In this document: positions 18,962 through 28,894 of the stretch, piece after piece
How the letters are laid out: each line of letters begins with the position of its first letter
Numbering within the stretch: position 1 is the first letter of the stretch
DNA from: Candidatus Komeilibacteria bacterium
GTDB lineage: Bacteria; Patescibacteriota; Patescibacteriia; UBA1558; JAPLWL01
NCBI GenBank assembly: GCA_026396635.1
Contig: JAPLWL010000074.1
Coordinates: forward strand, 1,352 to 39,885
Reading direction: 5' to 3'
DNA length: 38,534 bases
Translations under genes and position numbers: made by a program
Notes under the pieces: generated by a model
Seen by the model: the letters and a program-made list of their open reading frames with translations, nothing else
What the model was told of the DNA's origin: nothing
The model's database searches: none

Positions 18962-18990
18962 TTGACAAATTATATTGATTGGAATAAAGT
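18962..18990 (+). promoter_or_regulatory. Sigma-70-like promoter TTGACA-17-TAAAGT
   Basis: An exact -35 with a 17-nt spacer lies about 95 nt upstream of the 19088 gene. Confidence 0.45.
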
Positions 18991-19087
18991 AAGCCGTTCT
19001 GTCCTTTGTCCATTGGCACTGGAAAATTGAACGCCGGCCTTGATTTCACGAGGCGGTAAAAGTAGACATTTTTGACGAGGTTCATAA

Positions 19088-19750
19088 ATGGCCACGCCAG
19101 CTCAGGCTGATGACCCTAAGCGGACCGAGCGTCTCATGAATCGCTTAACCGGCAAGATGATAACTGATGAGGTCACTGGAGACCATCTCCAGTGGTTTCT
19201 TAGTTTGTCCAAGGCTGAACGCGATCAACTCTCGGCCACTGGTCGAGTCATTGATGATAATCGATTTCGCCAGTTAACTGTTTTTCGTCTGAAAATGAAC
19301 AACACCCAACGCCGGGCTTGTCGCTTGGATCAGTTAAGTTTTGATCGAGACTTGCTGCGTCCGCCCACCGGTTTGACCGATGCTCGGTTTGCTTCGGCCA
19401 ATGAGTTGTCCGCCGGCCAAAGCTATATGGTCAAAATTTTTGAGCTGATGGCCACTGTGTCCTTGGCGGACTGCCGAGCATTTTTAAAAAGCCAACAAGC
19501 GGCTTTGGCCGGACCTCAGGGTCTGGCCCTGGTTTATCGCAATCATCGGGCTCAATTGCAACCAGATCATCTGACTGTTTCTTTAGGAGAAGTCAGCGAT
19601 TCTGCGGCCGACGATCAAGATCAACCAGTAGGTCTGTCCGGGCGGGCGAATAGCAAATGGCAGTTTTCCATTGTTGATAGCAAGGGAAGCCTTCGGTCTG
19701 GAATTCGTCTTCTCTGCTTCTGCAAAAATGGTAATGGCTCAGGTCGCTGA
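19088..19750 (+). CDS. Hypothetical protein (GC-rich insert between uvrC and uvrA)
   Basis: A 220-aa ORF with no motif I recognise. A hand count gives 33/60 G+C at 19081-19140, against 17/60 at 19921-19980 in uvrA. Confidence 0.55.
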   Translation: MATPAQADDPKRTERLMNRLTGKMITDEVTGDHLQWFLSLSKAERDQLSATGRVIDDNRFRQLTVFRLKMNNTQRRACRLDQLSFDRDLLRPPTGLTDARFASANELSAGQSYMVKIFELMATVSLADCRAFLKSQQAALAGPQGLALVYRNHRAQLQPDHLTVSLGEVSDSAADDQDQPVGLSGRANSKWQFSIVDSKGSLRSGIRLLCFCKNGNGSGR

Positions 19751-19785
19751 GTCGGTCATCAACACATCACACATCGCGCTGAAAC

Positions 19786-19833
19786 ATCCCCCGTTTGGGC
19801 TCGCAAGGGTCTAAGCGGGGGATTGTCATTTTT
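19786..19833 (+). terminator. Intrinsic terminator
   Basis: The stem atcccccg/cgggggat is followed by tgtcattttt. Confidence 0.6.
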
Positions 19834-19914
19834 GGGTGAATTATTTAAGAGTTGACCCGCGGTGAATTTTGTGATAGACTGGTCATTAACTTTATCTCTT
19901 TCAATTAACAAAGT

Positions 19915-22761
19915 ATGGCCACTAATAAAATCACTATTCGGGGAGCTCGAGTCCATAATTTAAAAAATATTAATTTGGAAATCCCCCGTGATTCTTTGGT
20001 GGTAATTACCGGCCTTTCCGGTAGCGGCAAATCGTCTTTGGCGTTTGATACGATCTACGCCGAAGCCCAGCGCCGTTATGTGGAATCTTTATCTGCCTAT
20101 GCCAGACAGTTTTTAGGTTTAATGGATAAGCCGGACGTGGATCAGATTGATGGTCTTTCACCGGCTATTTCCATTGACCAGCGGTCAGTTTCGCATAACC
20201 CGCGCTCCACGGTGGGTACGGTTACGGAAATTTATGATTATTTGCGGTTGCTGTTTGCTCGGGTGGGTGAGCCGCATTGTGTTAAATGTGGTCGGCTTAT
20301 TTCCAATCAAACCACTGATCAAATTTTACAAAAAATATTCAAACAACCGGCGGGTAGTAAGGTGAGAATTTTGGCACCAGTAGTTAAAGACCGCAAAGGC
20401 GAATATCGTGCCTTGCTACAAGAATTATTAAAAAATGGTTATGGCCAAGTTCGGCTGGATGGTAATTTTTATAGTTTAGAAGAGGCTATGAATGTGTCTT
20501 TGGATAAACAAAAAAAGCATCAGATTGAAGTAGTAATTGATGCGGCTACTATTAAAACAGAGAATAGGCAGCGCTTAACCGAATCATTGGAAACGGCTTT
20601 GGAGTATGGTAACGGCGTAGTGATGTTAATTAGCGAAGCCGGAGATGAAGCGTTGTATTCGCAAAAATTATATTGTCCTTATTGTGAATTAAGCTTTCCG
20701 GATATTGAGCCGCGTAATTTTTCTTTTAATTCACCGCATGGGGCTTGTCCGGATTGTACGGGTATTGGCAGCAAATTAGAGGTTAGTCCGGAATTGGTGA
20801 TTCCTAATAAAAATTTAACTATTGCTCAGGGTGCTATTAAACCGTGGTCGCGCTTGGCCGCCAATCAGAGCTGGTATTTTAAAATTTTACAGCGGGTGGC
20901 TAAGGCGCATAAATTTTCTTTGGATGTGCCGGTTAAAGATTTAACCAAAAAGCAGCTTGATATTGTTTTGCTGGGCACTGGCGAAGAACGCTATCATTTG
21001 AATTTTGAATCAGACAGTTTTGCCGGTGATTATAAAACTTCTTTTGAAGGGGTAATTCCCAATTTGGAACGGCGCTACAAAGAAACCGAGTCAGATTATA
21101 TTAGAAGCGAAATTGAACACTACATGATTTCTTATCCTTGTCCTAGTTGCGGCGGTAAGCGGTTGCGTCCGGAAGCTTTGGCGGTGACGGTGGCCGGTCA
21201 GACTATTGCCGGAGTTTCAGCTTTTAGCATTACTGAAGCCATTAGTTTTTTTGAAAGTTTGAGTAAGGGAAAAACCGCTCTAACTGACCGGCAGGCTAAA
21301 ATTGCTAGTCAAATTTTAAAAGAAATTAAACTACGGTTAAAATTTTTAGAAAATGTTGGGTTGAGTTACTTGGCTTTGGATCGAGCGGCCACGACTTTAT
21401 CCGGCGGTGAGGCCCAACGGATTCGCTTAGCTACTCAAATTGGTTCATCTTTGGTTGGCGTTATTTATATTTTAGATGAACCGTCTATTGGTTTGCACCA
21501 ACGAGACAATAGTAAGTTAATTGCTACACTTAAGGCTTTGCGCGATTTGGGTAACTCGGTGATTGTGGTGGAACATGACGAAGAAACTATTTTAGAAGCT
21601 GATTGGGTGGCGGATATTGGTCCGGGCGCCGGTGAGCATGGTGGGCAAGTGGTGGCGTTTGGTACGCCAGACCAGATTAAAAAGAATCCTAAGTCATTAA
21701 CCGGTCAATATTTAGTGGGCAAATTAACGATTGCTGCGCCTAAAAAATATCGCAAGGGCAATGGCAAGTTTTTAGAAATTATCGGGGCGGAAGAATTTAA
21801 TTTAAAAAAGATTGACGTTAAAATTCCCTTAGGTACCTTAACCGCCATTACTGGAGTTTCCGGTAGTGGCAAATCAACTTTGATGGTGGAAATTTTAGGT
21901 AAAGCACTTAGTCAGCATTTTTATCGGACTAAAGATTTACCTGGTAAGCATAAAGAAATTAAAGGCTTGGAACACTTGGATAAGGTGATTGATATTGATC
22001 AGTCGCCGATTGGCCGCACACCACGGTCTAACCCGGCCACTTATACTGGCATCTTTACTTATATTAGAGATTTGTTTACGCAGTTGCCTGAATCTAAAAT
22101 GCGCGGTTACAGCGCCGGCCGATTTTCTTTTAATGTTAAGGGTGGTCGCTGCGAAGCTTGCCAAGGCGATGGTTTGGTTAAAATTGAAATGAATTTTTTG
22201 TCCGATGTTTATGTGGAGTGTGAAGAATGTCATGGCAAACGCTATAATCCGGCGACCTTGGAAATTCATTATAAGGGCAAAAATATTGCCGACGTGCTCA
22301 ATATGACTGTGGATGAAGCCGCTGCTTTCTTTATTAAAGTTCCGGCACTGGCTGAAAAATTAAAAACTTTGCAAGAAGTGGGCCTGGGTTATATTCATCT
22401 GGGTCAATCCGCCACCACTTTATCCGGCGGTGAAGCTCAACGGGTTAAATTGGCCACAGAATTATCCCGCCGCGCTACTGGTAAAACTTTGTATATCTTG
22501 GATGAGCCAACCACTGGTTTGCATTTTGCCGATATTCAAAGACTATTAGCAGTTTTACAGCGTTTAGTTGATAAAGGTAATTCAGTATTGGTAATTGAAC
22601 ACCATTTAGACGTGATTAAGTGCGCGGACTGGGTGATTGATTTAGGTCCGGAAGGTGGCTCGGCCGGCGGCCAGCTGGTGGCCATGGGTACACCCGCCGA
22701 GGTAGCCAAAGTTAAAGCCAGCTACACCGGGCAGTATTTAAAGAAGATGTTGAAAGTATAG
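19915..22761 (+). CDS. uvrA: Excinuclease ABC subunit A
   Basis: A 948-aa ORF with two Walker A motifs ([18 protein letters not shown]), two LSGGE signature motifs and zinc modules (CPYC..CPDC, CEAC..CEEC). Confidence 0.95.
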   Translation: MATNKITIRGARVHNLKNINLEIPRDSLVVITGLSGSGKSSLAFDTIYAEAQRRYVESLSAYARQFLGLMDKPDVDQIDGLSPAISIDQRSVSHNPRSTVGTVTEIYDYLRLLFARVGEPHCVKCGRLISNQTTDQILQKIFKQPAGSKVRILAPVVKDRKGEYRALLQELLKNGYGQVRLDGNFYSLEEAMNVSLDKQKKHQIEVVIDAATIKTENRQRLTESLETALEYGNGVVMLISEAGDEALYSQKLYCPYCELSFPDIEPRNFSFNSPHGACPDCTGIGSKLEVSPELVIPNKNLTIAQGAIKPWSRLAANQSWYFKILQRVAKAHKFSLDVPVKDLTKKQLDIVLLGTGEERYHLNFESDSFAGDYKTSFEGVIPNLERRYKETESDYIRSEIEHYMISYPCPSCGGKRLRPEALAVTVAGQTIAGVSAFSITEAISFFESLSKGKTALTDRQAKIASQILKEIKLRLKFLENVGLSYLALDRAATTLSGGEAQRIRLATQIGSSLVGVIYILDEPSIGLHQRDNSKLIATLKALRDLGNSVIVVEHDEETILEADWVADIGPGAGEHGGQVVAFGTPDQIKKNPKSLTGQYLVGKLTIAAPKKYRKGNGKFLEIIGAEEFNLKKIDVKIPLGTLTAITGVSGSGKSTLMVEILGKALSQHFYRTKDLPGKHKEIKGLEHLDKVIDIDQSPIGRTPRSNPATYTGIFTYIRDLFTQLPESKMRGYSAGRFSFNVKGGRCEACQGDGLVKIEMNFLSDVYVECEECHGKRYNPATLEIHYKGKNIADVLNMTVDEAAAFFIKVPALAEKLKTLQEVGLGYIHLGQSATTLSGGEAQRVKLATELSRRATGKTLYILDEPTTGLHFADIQRLLAVLQRLVDKGNSVLVIEHHLDVIKCADWVIDLGPEGGSAGGQLVAMGTPAEVAKVKASYTGQYLKKMLKV

Positions 22762-22885
22762 GTTGACGGTAAGTTGATTTATTTTATAAAATAAAGATAA
22801 GAGTCTTTTTGTGAAGGCTTTTATTTTTTTATTGTTATTTTAATTTGTCATTTCGACCCCCTCGGCTTCGCTCGGGGCAGGCTCA

Positions 22886-22919
22886 TTGTCACTTCGAGCG
22901 TAGTCGAGAAGTCTAGATT
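22886..22919 (+). repeat. Left 34-nt direct repeat flanking GIY-YIG gene 1
   Basis: ttgtcacttcgagcgtagtcgagaagtctagatt recurs at 23287-23320 with a few mismatches. Confidence 0.7.
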
Positions 22920-22921
22920 AT

Positions 22922-23269
22922 ATGCAAGAAGAACGATATTACTATGTTTACATTATGGCTAGCAAAAGCAGGATTTTGTACGTGGGAATGACTAATAATT
23001 TAGTTCGTCGAGTCATTGAACATAAACAAGGTTTATGTGAAGGATTTACAAAAAAGTATCATTGTTATCAATTGGTTTATTATGAGTCCGGCACTGACGT
23101 TTATGGAGTTATTGAGAGAGAAAAACAAATTAAAAGATGGCGAAGAGAAAACAAAATTTTTTTAATTGAAATGATTAATCCTAATTGGCAAGATTTGAGT
23201 GAAGAAATTGGTATTGATAACGCAGATCTCTCCGCTCGTGCTGACTACGTCATCACTCGGTCGAGATGA
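22922..23269 (+). CDS. Free-standing GIY-YIG nuclease family protein
   Basis: YYVYIMASKSRILYVGMTNNLVRRVIEH matches the GIY-YIG motif, with a conserved Arg and Glu downstream. Confidence 0.8.
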   Translation: MQEERYYYVYIMASKSRILYVGMTNNLVRRVIEHKQGLCEGFTKKYHCYQLVYYESGTDVYGVIEREKQIKRWRRENKIFLIEMINPNWQDLSEEIGIDNADLSARADYVITRSR

Positions 23270-23286
23270 CAAGGCAAGGTGGTAAT

Positions 23287-23320
23287 TTGTCATTTCGAGC
23301 GTAGCCGAGAAATCTGATTT
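23287..23320 (+). repeat. Right direct repeat flanking GIY-YIG gene 1
   Basis: ttgtcatttcgagcgtagccgagaaatctgattt. Confidence 0.7.
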
Positions 23321-23353
23321 GTCCTCCATTAGGTCAATTGCTATAATGCCAAT

Positions 23354-24160
23354 ATGGAACAAAAGTATTTGCCTCATTTATCTGATGCCCTCCGGCGGAA
23401 AATTGCTGTTCAATATCTTCAGCATGAGTTCAGGAAACTGTTTCCGTCTTTGCGCGAGACTTCGGCTTGGCAGACTATTGATAGTGAAGTTGGTAAGTGG
23501 TTTTCTGATAATCCGGAATTGGCGCCAGTGCGGGATTTTTGGAATGGCTTTCATGGAATAACTTGCGGGTTTAAGTTGAAAAATTTATTGCCCTGGTTGA
23601 CTTCTCAAAATATTGACTGGCAAGAGCAAGAAATTAATATTGATCAATTGAATTTTGGTAATGATTTTTTGGCACTTAAATATTTTAAACCAAACCCAAC
23701 GGTAGTTGAGGTAAAAAAGTGGTATCTCGATCCAGTTAATGAGAAGGTTTTTGAAGAAGCTAAAAATATTTTACAGCAATATAGTGAAACATCTTCACCT
23801 CGTGATAATTTTTCTTTATTAGTGGTAGAAGAGAAGGGGGAGCTACGGGTGATTGATGGCAATCGGCGGTTACTTAAAGCGATTTTTGATCAGCAAGAAA
23901 AATTGCCGGCGATAATCGGAAAAATTATTAAAGAACCAAGATTTTTTGAAACTTGGATGCCGACGTCGGTTTTATTAGAACTAACTTGGTTAAATCAACG
24001 GGAATTTGGGTTATTTGGTCTACAAACAAAATCAATTGCTAAAACTATAGTGGCTTTAATTAAGGGTTCTCAAGCCGGCCAATATGAATTTTTTAATAGA
24101 TGTTTGGGTGAGGGTTTGGCAGATAAAAAATTAAGGCAAGTGGTCCAGGGGCTATTATAA
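23354..24160 (+). CDS. Hypothetical protein with a ParB/sulfiredoxin-like (ParB N-terminal nuclease-like) segment
   Basis: LLVVEEKGELRVIDGNRRLLKAI resembles the ParB-like DGxxR core. The rest of the protein is not recognised. Confidence 0.4.
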   Translation: MEQKYLPHLSDALRRKIAVQYLQHEFRKLFPSLRETSAWQTIDSEVGKWFSDNPELAPVRDFWNGFHGITCGFKLKNLLPWLTSQNIDWQEQEINIDQLNFGNDFLALKYFKPNPTVVEVKKWYLDPVNEKVFEEAKNILQQYSETSSPRDNFSLLVVEEKGELRVIDGNRRLLKAIFDQQEKLPAIIGKIIKEPRFFETWMPTSVLLELTWLNQREFGLFGLQTKSIAKTIVALIKGSQAGQYEFFNRCLGEGLADKKLRQVVQGLL

Positions 24161-24189
24161 GGATATATAGTATAGAAAATTCATTTTAG

Positions 24190-24224
24190 CCGCCCGTTTC
24201 AGGTCACTCCTGTACGGGCGGTTT
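24190..24224 (+). terminator. Intrinsic terminator
   Basis: The stem ccgcccgt/acgggcgg is followed by tttgacgttt. Confidence 0.5.
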
Positions 24225-24406
24225 GACGTTTAGGGCGCATTTTACGTTGACAGATTATTGATAGTATAGTAATGTCTAAAGTCGCCAATTTTCGGATTGG
24301 CTGATGTTTAAAAAATAAACCCTGCCTGACCTGACGCTCGCCTCGCTTTCGCTTTGGCGAAGCGGGTGAGTTAAGGTGGGCAAAAACTAGCCATTCTGGC
24401 TAAGGA

Positions 24407-24961
24407 GTGATAGTGATCGTGAACCTTGAAGGTCAAGAAAGTACCTTACCGATTGGCATTTTGCTTGCTATGGCTGATGTGCTTGATAAGTATATTAGTC
24501 TGCCGCCTACAGAGGCCAATGACAATGCGAATCGTTTCGGTGGGTATGTTACGGTAATAGAGTTTGATCCTAATTACCCGCAGGACATAACGCGCTATCG
24601 CTTGATAGTGTCGGCGCGTTGCGGGGCTCCATCACCGGACAAGTCATTGAAATACCGGCAGCTTGCCGATGAAAAAGCCTTCAGGCTACTGGGACATTTG
24701 ATCTTTGGTCATTTGACCAGTCGAGAAAGTTCTGATCCGTCGATCGAAAAATATCCGGGGGCGATTGTCGCTGATGGGTATGTATTTTCGTTCTCGGGTC
24801 TGCCGGCAGACTTTGATGAGGCGGTTTGCGCTGTTGTCGCGGTTTTCTTGGGCTTATTGAATCGCGAGCAGTTGTTGGCCATCGTCGAACGGACCAAGAA
24901 TCCGCACATCTTGGAGTTTGGAAACCTATTCGAAGATTTGCAGAAACTTTTGGCTGAATAA
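24407..24961 (+). CDS. Hypothetical protein (GC-rich)
   Basis: A 184-aa ORF. AAGGAG abuts the first GTG, so GTG 24413 or 24419 is the more likely start. There is a weak resemblance to GlcG/DUF336-type proteins around GAIVADGYVFSFSGLPADFDEAV. Confidence 0.5.
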   Translation: MIVIVNLEGQESTLPIGILLAMADVLDKYISLPPTEANDNANRFGGYVTVIEFDPNYPQDITRYRLIVSARCGAPSPDKSLKYRQLADEKAFRLLGHLIFGHLTSRESSDPSIEKYPGAIVADGYVFSFSGLPADFDEAVCAVVAVFLGLLNREQLLAIVERTKNPHILEFGNLFEDLQKLLAE

Positions 24962-24977
24962 GCCGCGCACACATACT

Positions 24978-25025
24978 CAACGGGGGTCTAACTATCTTAG
25001 TCAGGCTCCCGTTGGATGATTTTTA
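24978..25025 (+). terminator. Intrinsic terminator
   Basis: The stem caacggg/cccgttg is followed by gatgattttt. Confidence 0.5.
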
Positions 25026-25030
25026 AAGCC

Positions 25031-25059
25031 TTGACAGGCTTTTTTTTCTTGTCTAAAAT
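25031..25059 (+). promoter_or_regulatory. groESL promoter TTGACA-17-TAAAAT
   Basis: An exact -35 with a 17-nt spacer sits immediately upstream of the CIRCE element. Confidence 0.6.
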
Positions 25060-25069
25060 GGTACTACGA

Positions 25070-25096
25070 TTAGCACTTAATGCTAAAGAGTGCTAA
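25070..25096 (+). promoter_or_regulatory. CIRCE operator (HrcA binding site)
   Basis: TTAGCACTT-N9-GAGTGCTAA compares with the consensus TTAGCACTC-N9-GAGTGCTAA. It lies between the promoter and groES. Confidence 0.85.
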
Positions 25097-25138
25097 ACTA
25101 TCAATTATTATAAATAGTTAATAAAGAAAGGCTAAAAT

Positions 25139-25426
25139 ATGAAATTAAAACCATTGGGTGACCACATTGTGGTCAAGGCCAAAGCGCCAGAAGATGTAAC
25201 TAAGTCTGGCATTGTTTTGCCAACTTCTGACAAAGAAAAACCAGAACAGGGTGAAGTGGTAGCCGTGGGTACCGGTAAGTTATTAGAAAACGGTAATCGT
25301 TCAGCGATGGAAGTTAAAGTTGGCGACGTCATTATTTTTAAAGGTTGGCCAGAAAAAATTAAGATTGAAGATCAGGAATATCAGTTCATCAGTCAATCTG
25401 ATGTCGTGTGTATTTTAGAAAAATAG
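25139..25426 (+). CDS. groES: Co-chaperonin GroES
   Basis: A 95-aa ORF with MKLKPLGDHIVVK and the mobile-loop region, located upstream of groEL. Confidence 0.95.
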   Translation: MKLKPLGDHIVVKAKAPEDVTKSGIVLPTSDKEKPEQGEVVAVGTGKLLENGNRSAMEVKVGDVIIFKGWPEKIKIEDQEYQFISQSDVVCILEK

Positions 25427-25546
25427 AGATTAATCGCGGATAACGCTGATTAAACGACTGAGGTGCACGGATATTCGCGGATGATGTAATTGAATAATAT
25501 AGTATCTGTGTTGCGCGGTCTAATCAGCGATATAGATAATTATTAA

Positions 25547-27214
<1,668 letters not shown>

Positions 27215-27260
27215 ATAAATAAAATAATTAAGGGCGTAGAGAAATCTATGTCCTTTTTTA

Positions 27261-27400
27261 ATCCGCTGCGCGGGGCGATACTTTTGGAGCCAAAAGTATC
27301 CAAAACCCTTGGGGGTAACAGAACTCGCTCGTCAGTCTAATCAAAGCTAGGTGATTTTGCTTGGGCGCTCAAACAGCTGTTACCCCCAAACCCCCATTTT
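27261..27400 (+). repeat. ~140-nt structured repeat, copy 1 (3' of groEL)
   Basis: About 80 percent identical by eye to 30266-30400. It contains the hairpins gatacttttgg/ccaaaagtatc and gggggtaacag/ctgttaccccc. Confidence 0.8.
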
Positions 27401-27438
27401 TACTGAAAGAGCTTAAATAATTTATTCTTTTCGGCCCT

Positions 27439-27573
27439 CAGAGAAATATCGTCAAAAACCGAAATGAGTAAAGCGTTAAAAACAAGATATTGTTTGACTC
27501 TGAGCGAGCGAAGCGAGTCGAAGGGGAGTTTATCTTGTTTAGCTTTACGAATGAGGTTTTAGATATTTCTCTG
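27439..27573. repeat. 135-nt nested imperfect inverted repeat
   Basis: Three arm pairs are nested: outer 12-bp arms cagagaaatatc/gatatttctctg, middle gtaaagc/gctttac and inner aaacaagata/tatcttgttt. They surround a GC-rich core, gactctgagcgagcgaagcgagtcgaagg. Confidence 0.65.
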
Positions 27574-27695
27574 TCAGGCCTTGAATTTTTCTTTCTCCAT
27601 TTCTTTTGTTTCAAGACAAAAGAAATGGAACCTCCGCGGTAGCGGATCATTTGTTATTTATCTTATTTTCTCGTATAATATAGACAATTTATTGT

Positions 27696-28553
27696 ATGGC
27701 AAAAACTATTAAAATAAAAGTAAAATCAGAAAAAGATCAGCCGTTTAATGAGGCGTCCTTGGAGAAAAAATCACACTTTAGCTATCATTCTGATGATGGC
27801 CATCCTTGGGAAAGTGGCTTATTGCATCAACGGTTAGAACAGCAGCACGAATTGGATTTGGAGCCATGGTTGGATGGAGTAGCCGCGCAAATAGTAGGAA
27901 CTAACCATGGTCATTCAAAAAGACCAGTGGTTGCGGTTGAAATAGAAGAGGTTCCGGTGATCACGGCTGTTGAAATAGAAGAAGTGGCCAGTCAGCCGAC
28001 TGACTCAGGCTTATCTTTGGAAAAACAAAAAGCGGTTGAGGCTATGTTTTTTTCCAAAGAACGGCAAAAATTCTCGCCGTTTGAACACGAAGATCGCGAA
28101 GAGACTGAGGAAATAGCTAACCCGATAATTATGTTGTGGTGTGTAATTAAAGAAAAGATCGGCCGATCTTTTGGCGAACGTCTGTGGGAGTTTTTGGGTA
28201 TGGGCTGGTGGTTGGTTCCGGTGTGGTTTGTGGGCGAGTTATGGTGGTTATCTCGGGAAGGCGTTTGGGCTTGGCCACACGGAGCTTGGATGGCTATTAG
28301 CTGGTTATGGCCCTTAGTTTGCTGGTTGGGCTTGGGCTGGTTACGGAGTAATTATGCCATTACAGTTAAAGATTTTTTATTAAGTTTGTGGCCACTAGCC
28401 GCTGGTACGGCCATTGGCGTGGCGGTGGTGGAGATAGCTTGGTTGGGCAGTTTGTGGTCATGGTTAAATTTAATTCAACTGCCATTGTTTGTTCTAGCAG
28501 TCGTGGCGGCCAGTGCTTGGTTATTAGTTGGGTTGGGTCGGCTCAATAATTAA
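27696..28553 (+). CDS. Hypothetical membrane protein with an acidic N-terminal half and a Trp-rich transmembrane C-terminal half
   Basis: A 285-aa ORF with TTGTTA-17-TATAAT upstream. Confidence 0.55.
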   Translation: MAKTIKIKVKSEKDQPFNEASLEKKSHFSYHSDDGHPWESGLLHQRLEQQHELDLEPWLDGVAAQIVGTNHGHSKRPVVAVEIEEVPVITAVEIEEVASQPTDSGLSLEKQKAVEAMFFSKERQKFSPFEHEDREETEEIANPIIMLWCVIKEKIGRSFGERLWEFLGMGWWLVPVWFVGELWWLSREGVWAWPHGAWMAISWLWPLVCWLGLGWLRSNYAITVKDFLLSLWPLAAGTAIGVAVVEIAWLGSLWSWLNLIQLPLFVLAVVAASAWLLVGLGRLNN

Positions 28554-28579
28554 ATTAGTAAATTAATTTTAGATAAAGT

Positions 28580-28891
28580 ATGAGTCAGGAAAATTCAAAT
28601 CGATTATCAATTAGCGAAGCAGACCTTAGATGGGCAGCAGTGAGTTATGTTTGGATTTTGTGGTTGGGACCGATTCTTTTAAAACGGGACTCGGCTTATA
28701 TTCAATTTCATGCCAAGCAAGGCATGCTGTTGTTTGTGGCTGAAGTGATTGCTGGTTTAATTCCGGTCATTGGCTGGCTGATTGGTTTATTTTTAATTAT
28801 TTTGGCGGTAATGGGAGTATTAGAGGCGCTGGCTGGTCGGTTTTGGGAAATGCCGGTCTTGGGCAAATACGTCAAAAAACTTTCCCTATAA
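28580..28891 (+). CDS. Small membrane protein (DUF4870-like)
   Basis: YIQFHAKQGMLLF lies between hydrophobic helices, a pattern I associate with DUF4870. Confidence 0.45.
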   Translation: MSQENSNRLSISEADLRWAAVSYVWILWLGPILLKRDSAYIQFHAKQGMLLFVAEVIAGLIPVIGWLIGLFLIILAVMGVLEALAGRFWEMPVLGKYVKKLSL

Positions 28892-28894
28892 TTT

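Noticed and set aside
18933-19085. 51-aa N-terminal extension of the uvrC ORF
   Set aside because: UvrC proteins begin a few residues before the GIY-YIG motif. The extension overlaps the promoter and leader of the divergent 19088 gene.
27438-27650. 70-aa minus-strand ORF in the groEL-downstream intergenic region
   Set aside because: It is composed of the nested inverted repeat and hairpin sequences. Calling it a repeat is the better interpretation.
27936-27985. 33-nt-period repeat gttgaaatagaaga (VEIEEV twice) in the 27696 gene
   Set aside because: It is a short in-frame acidic repeat in a low-complexity linker and has no wider significance that I can support.
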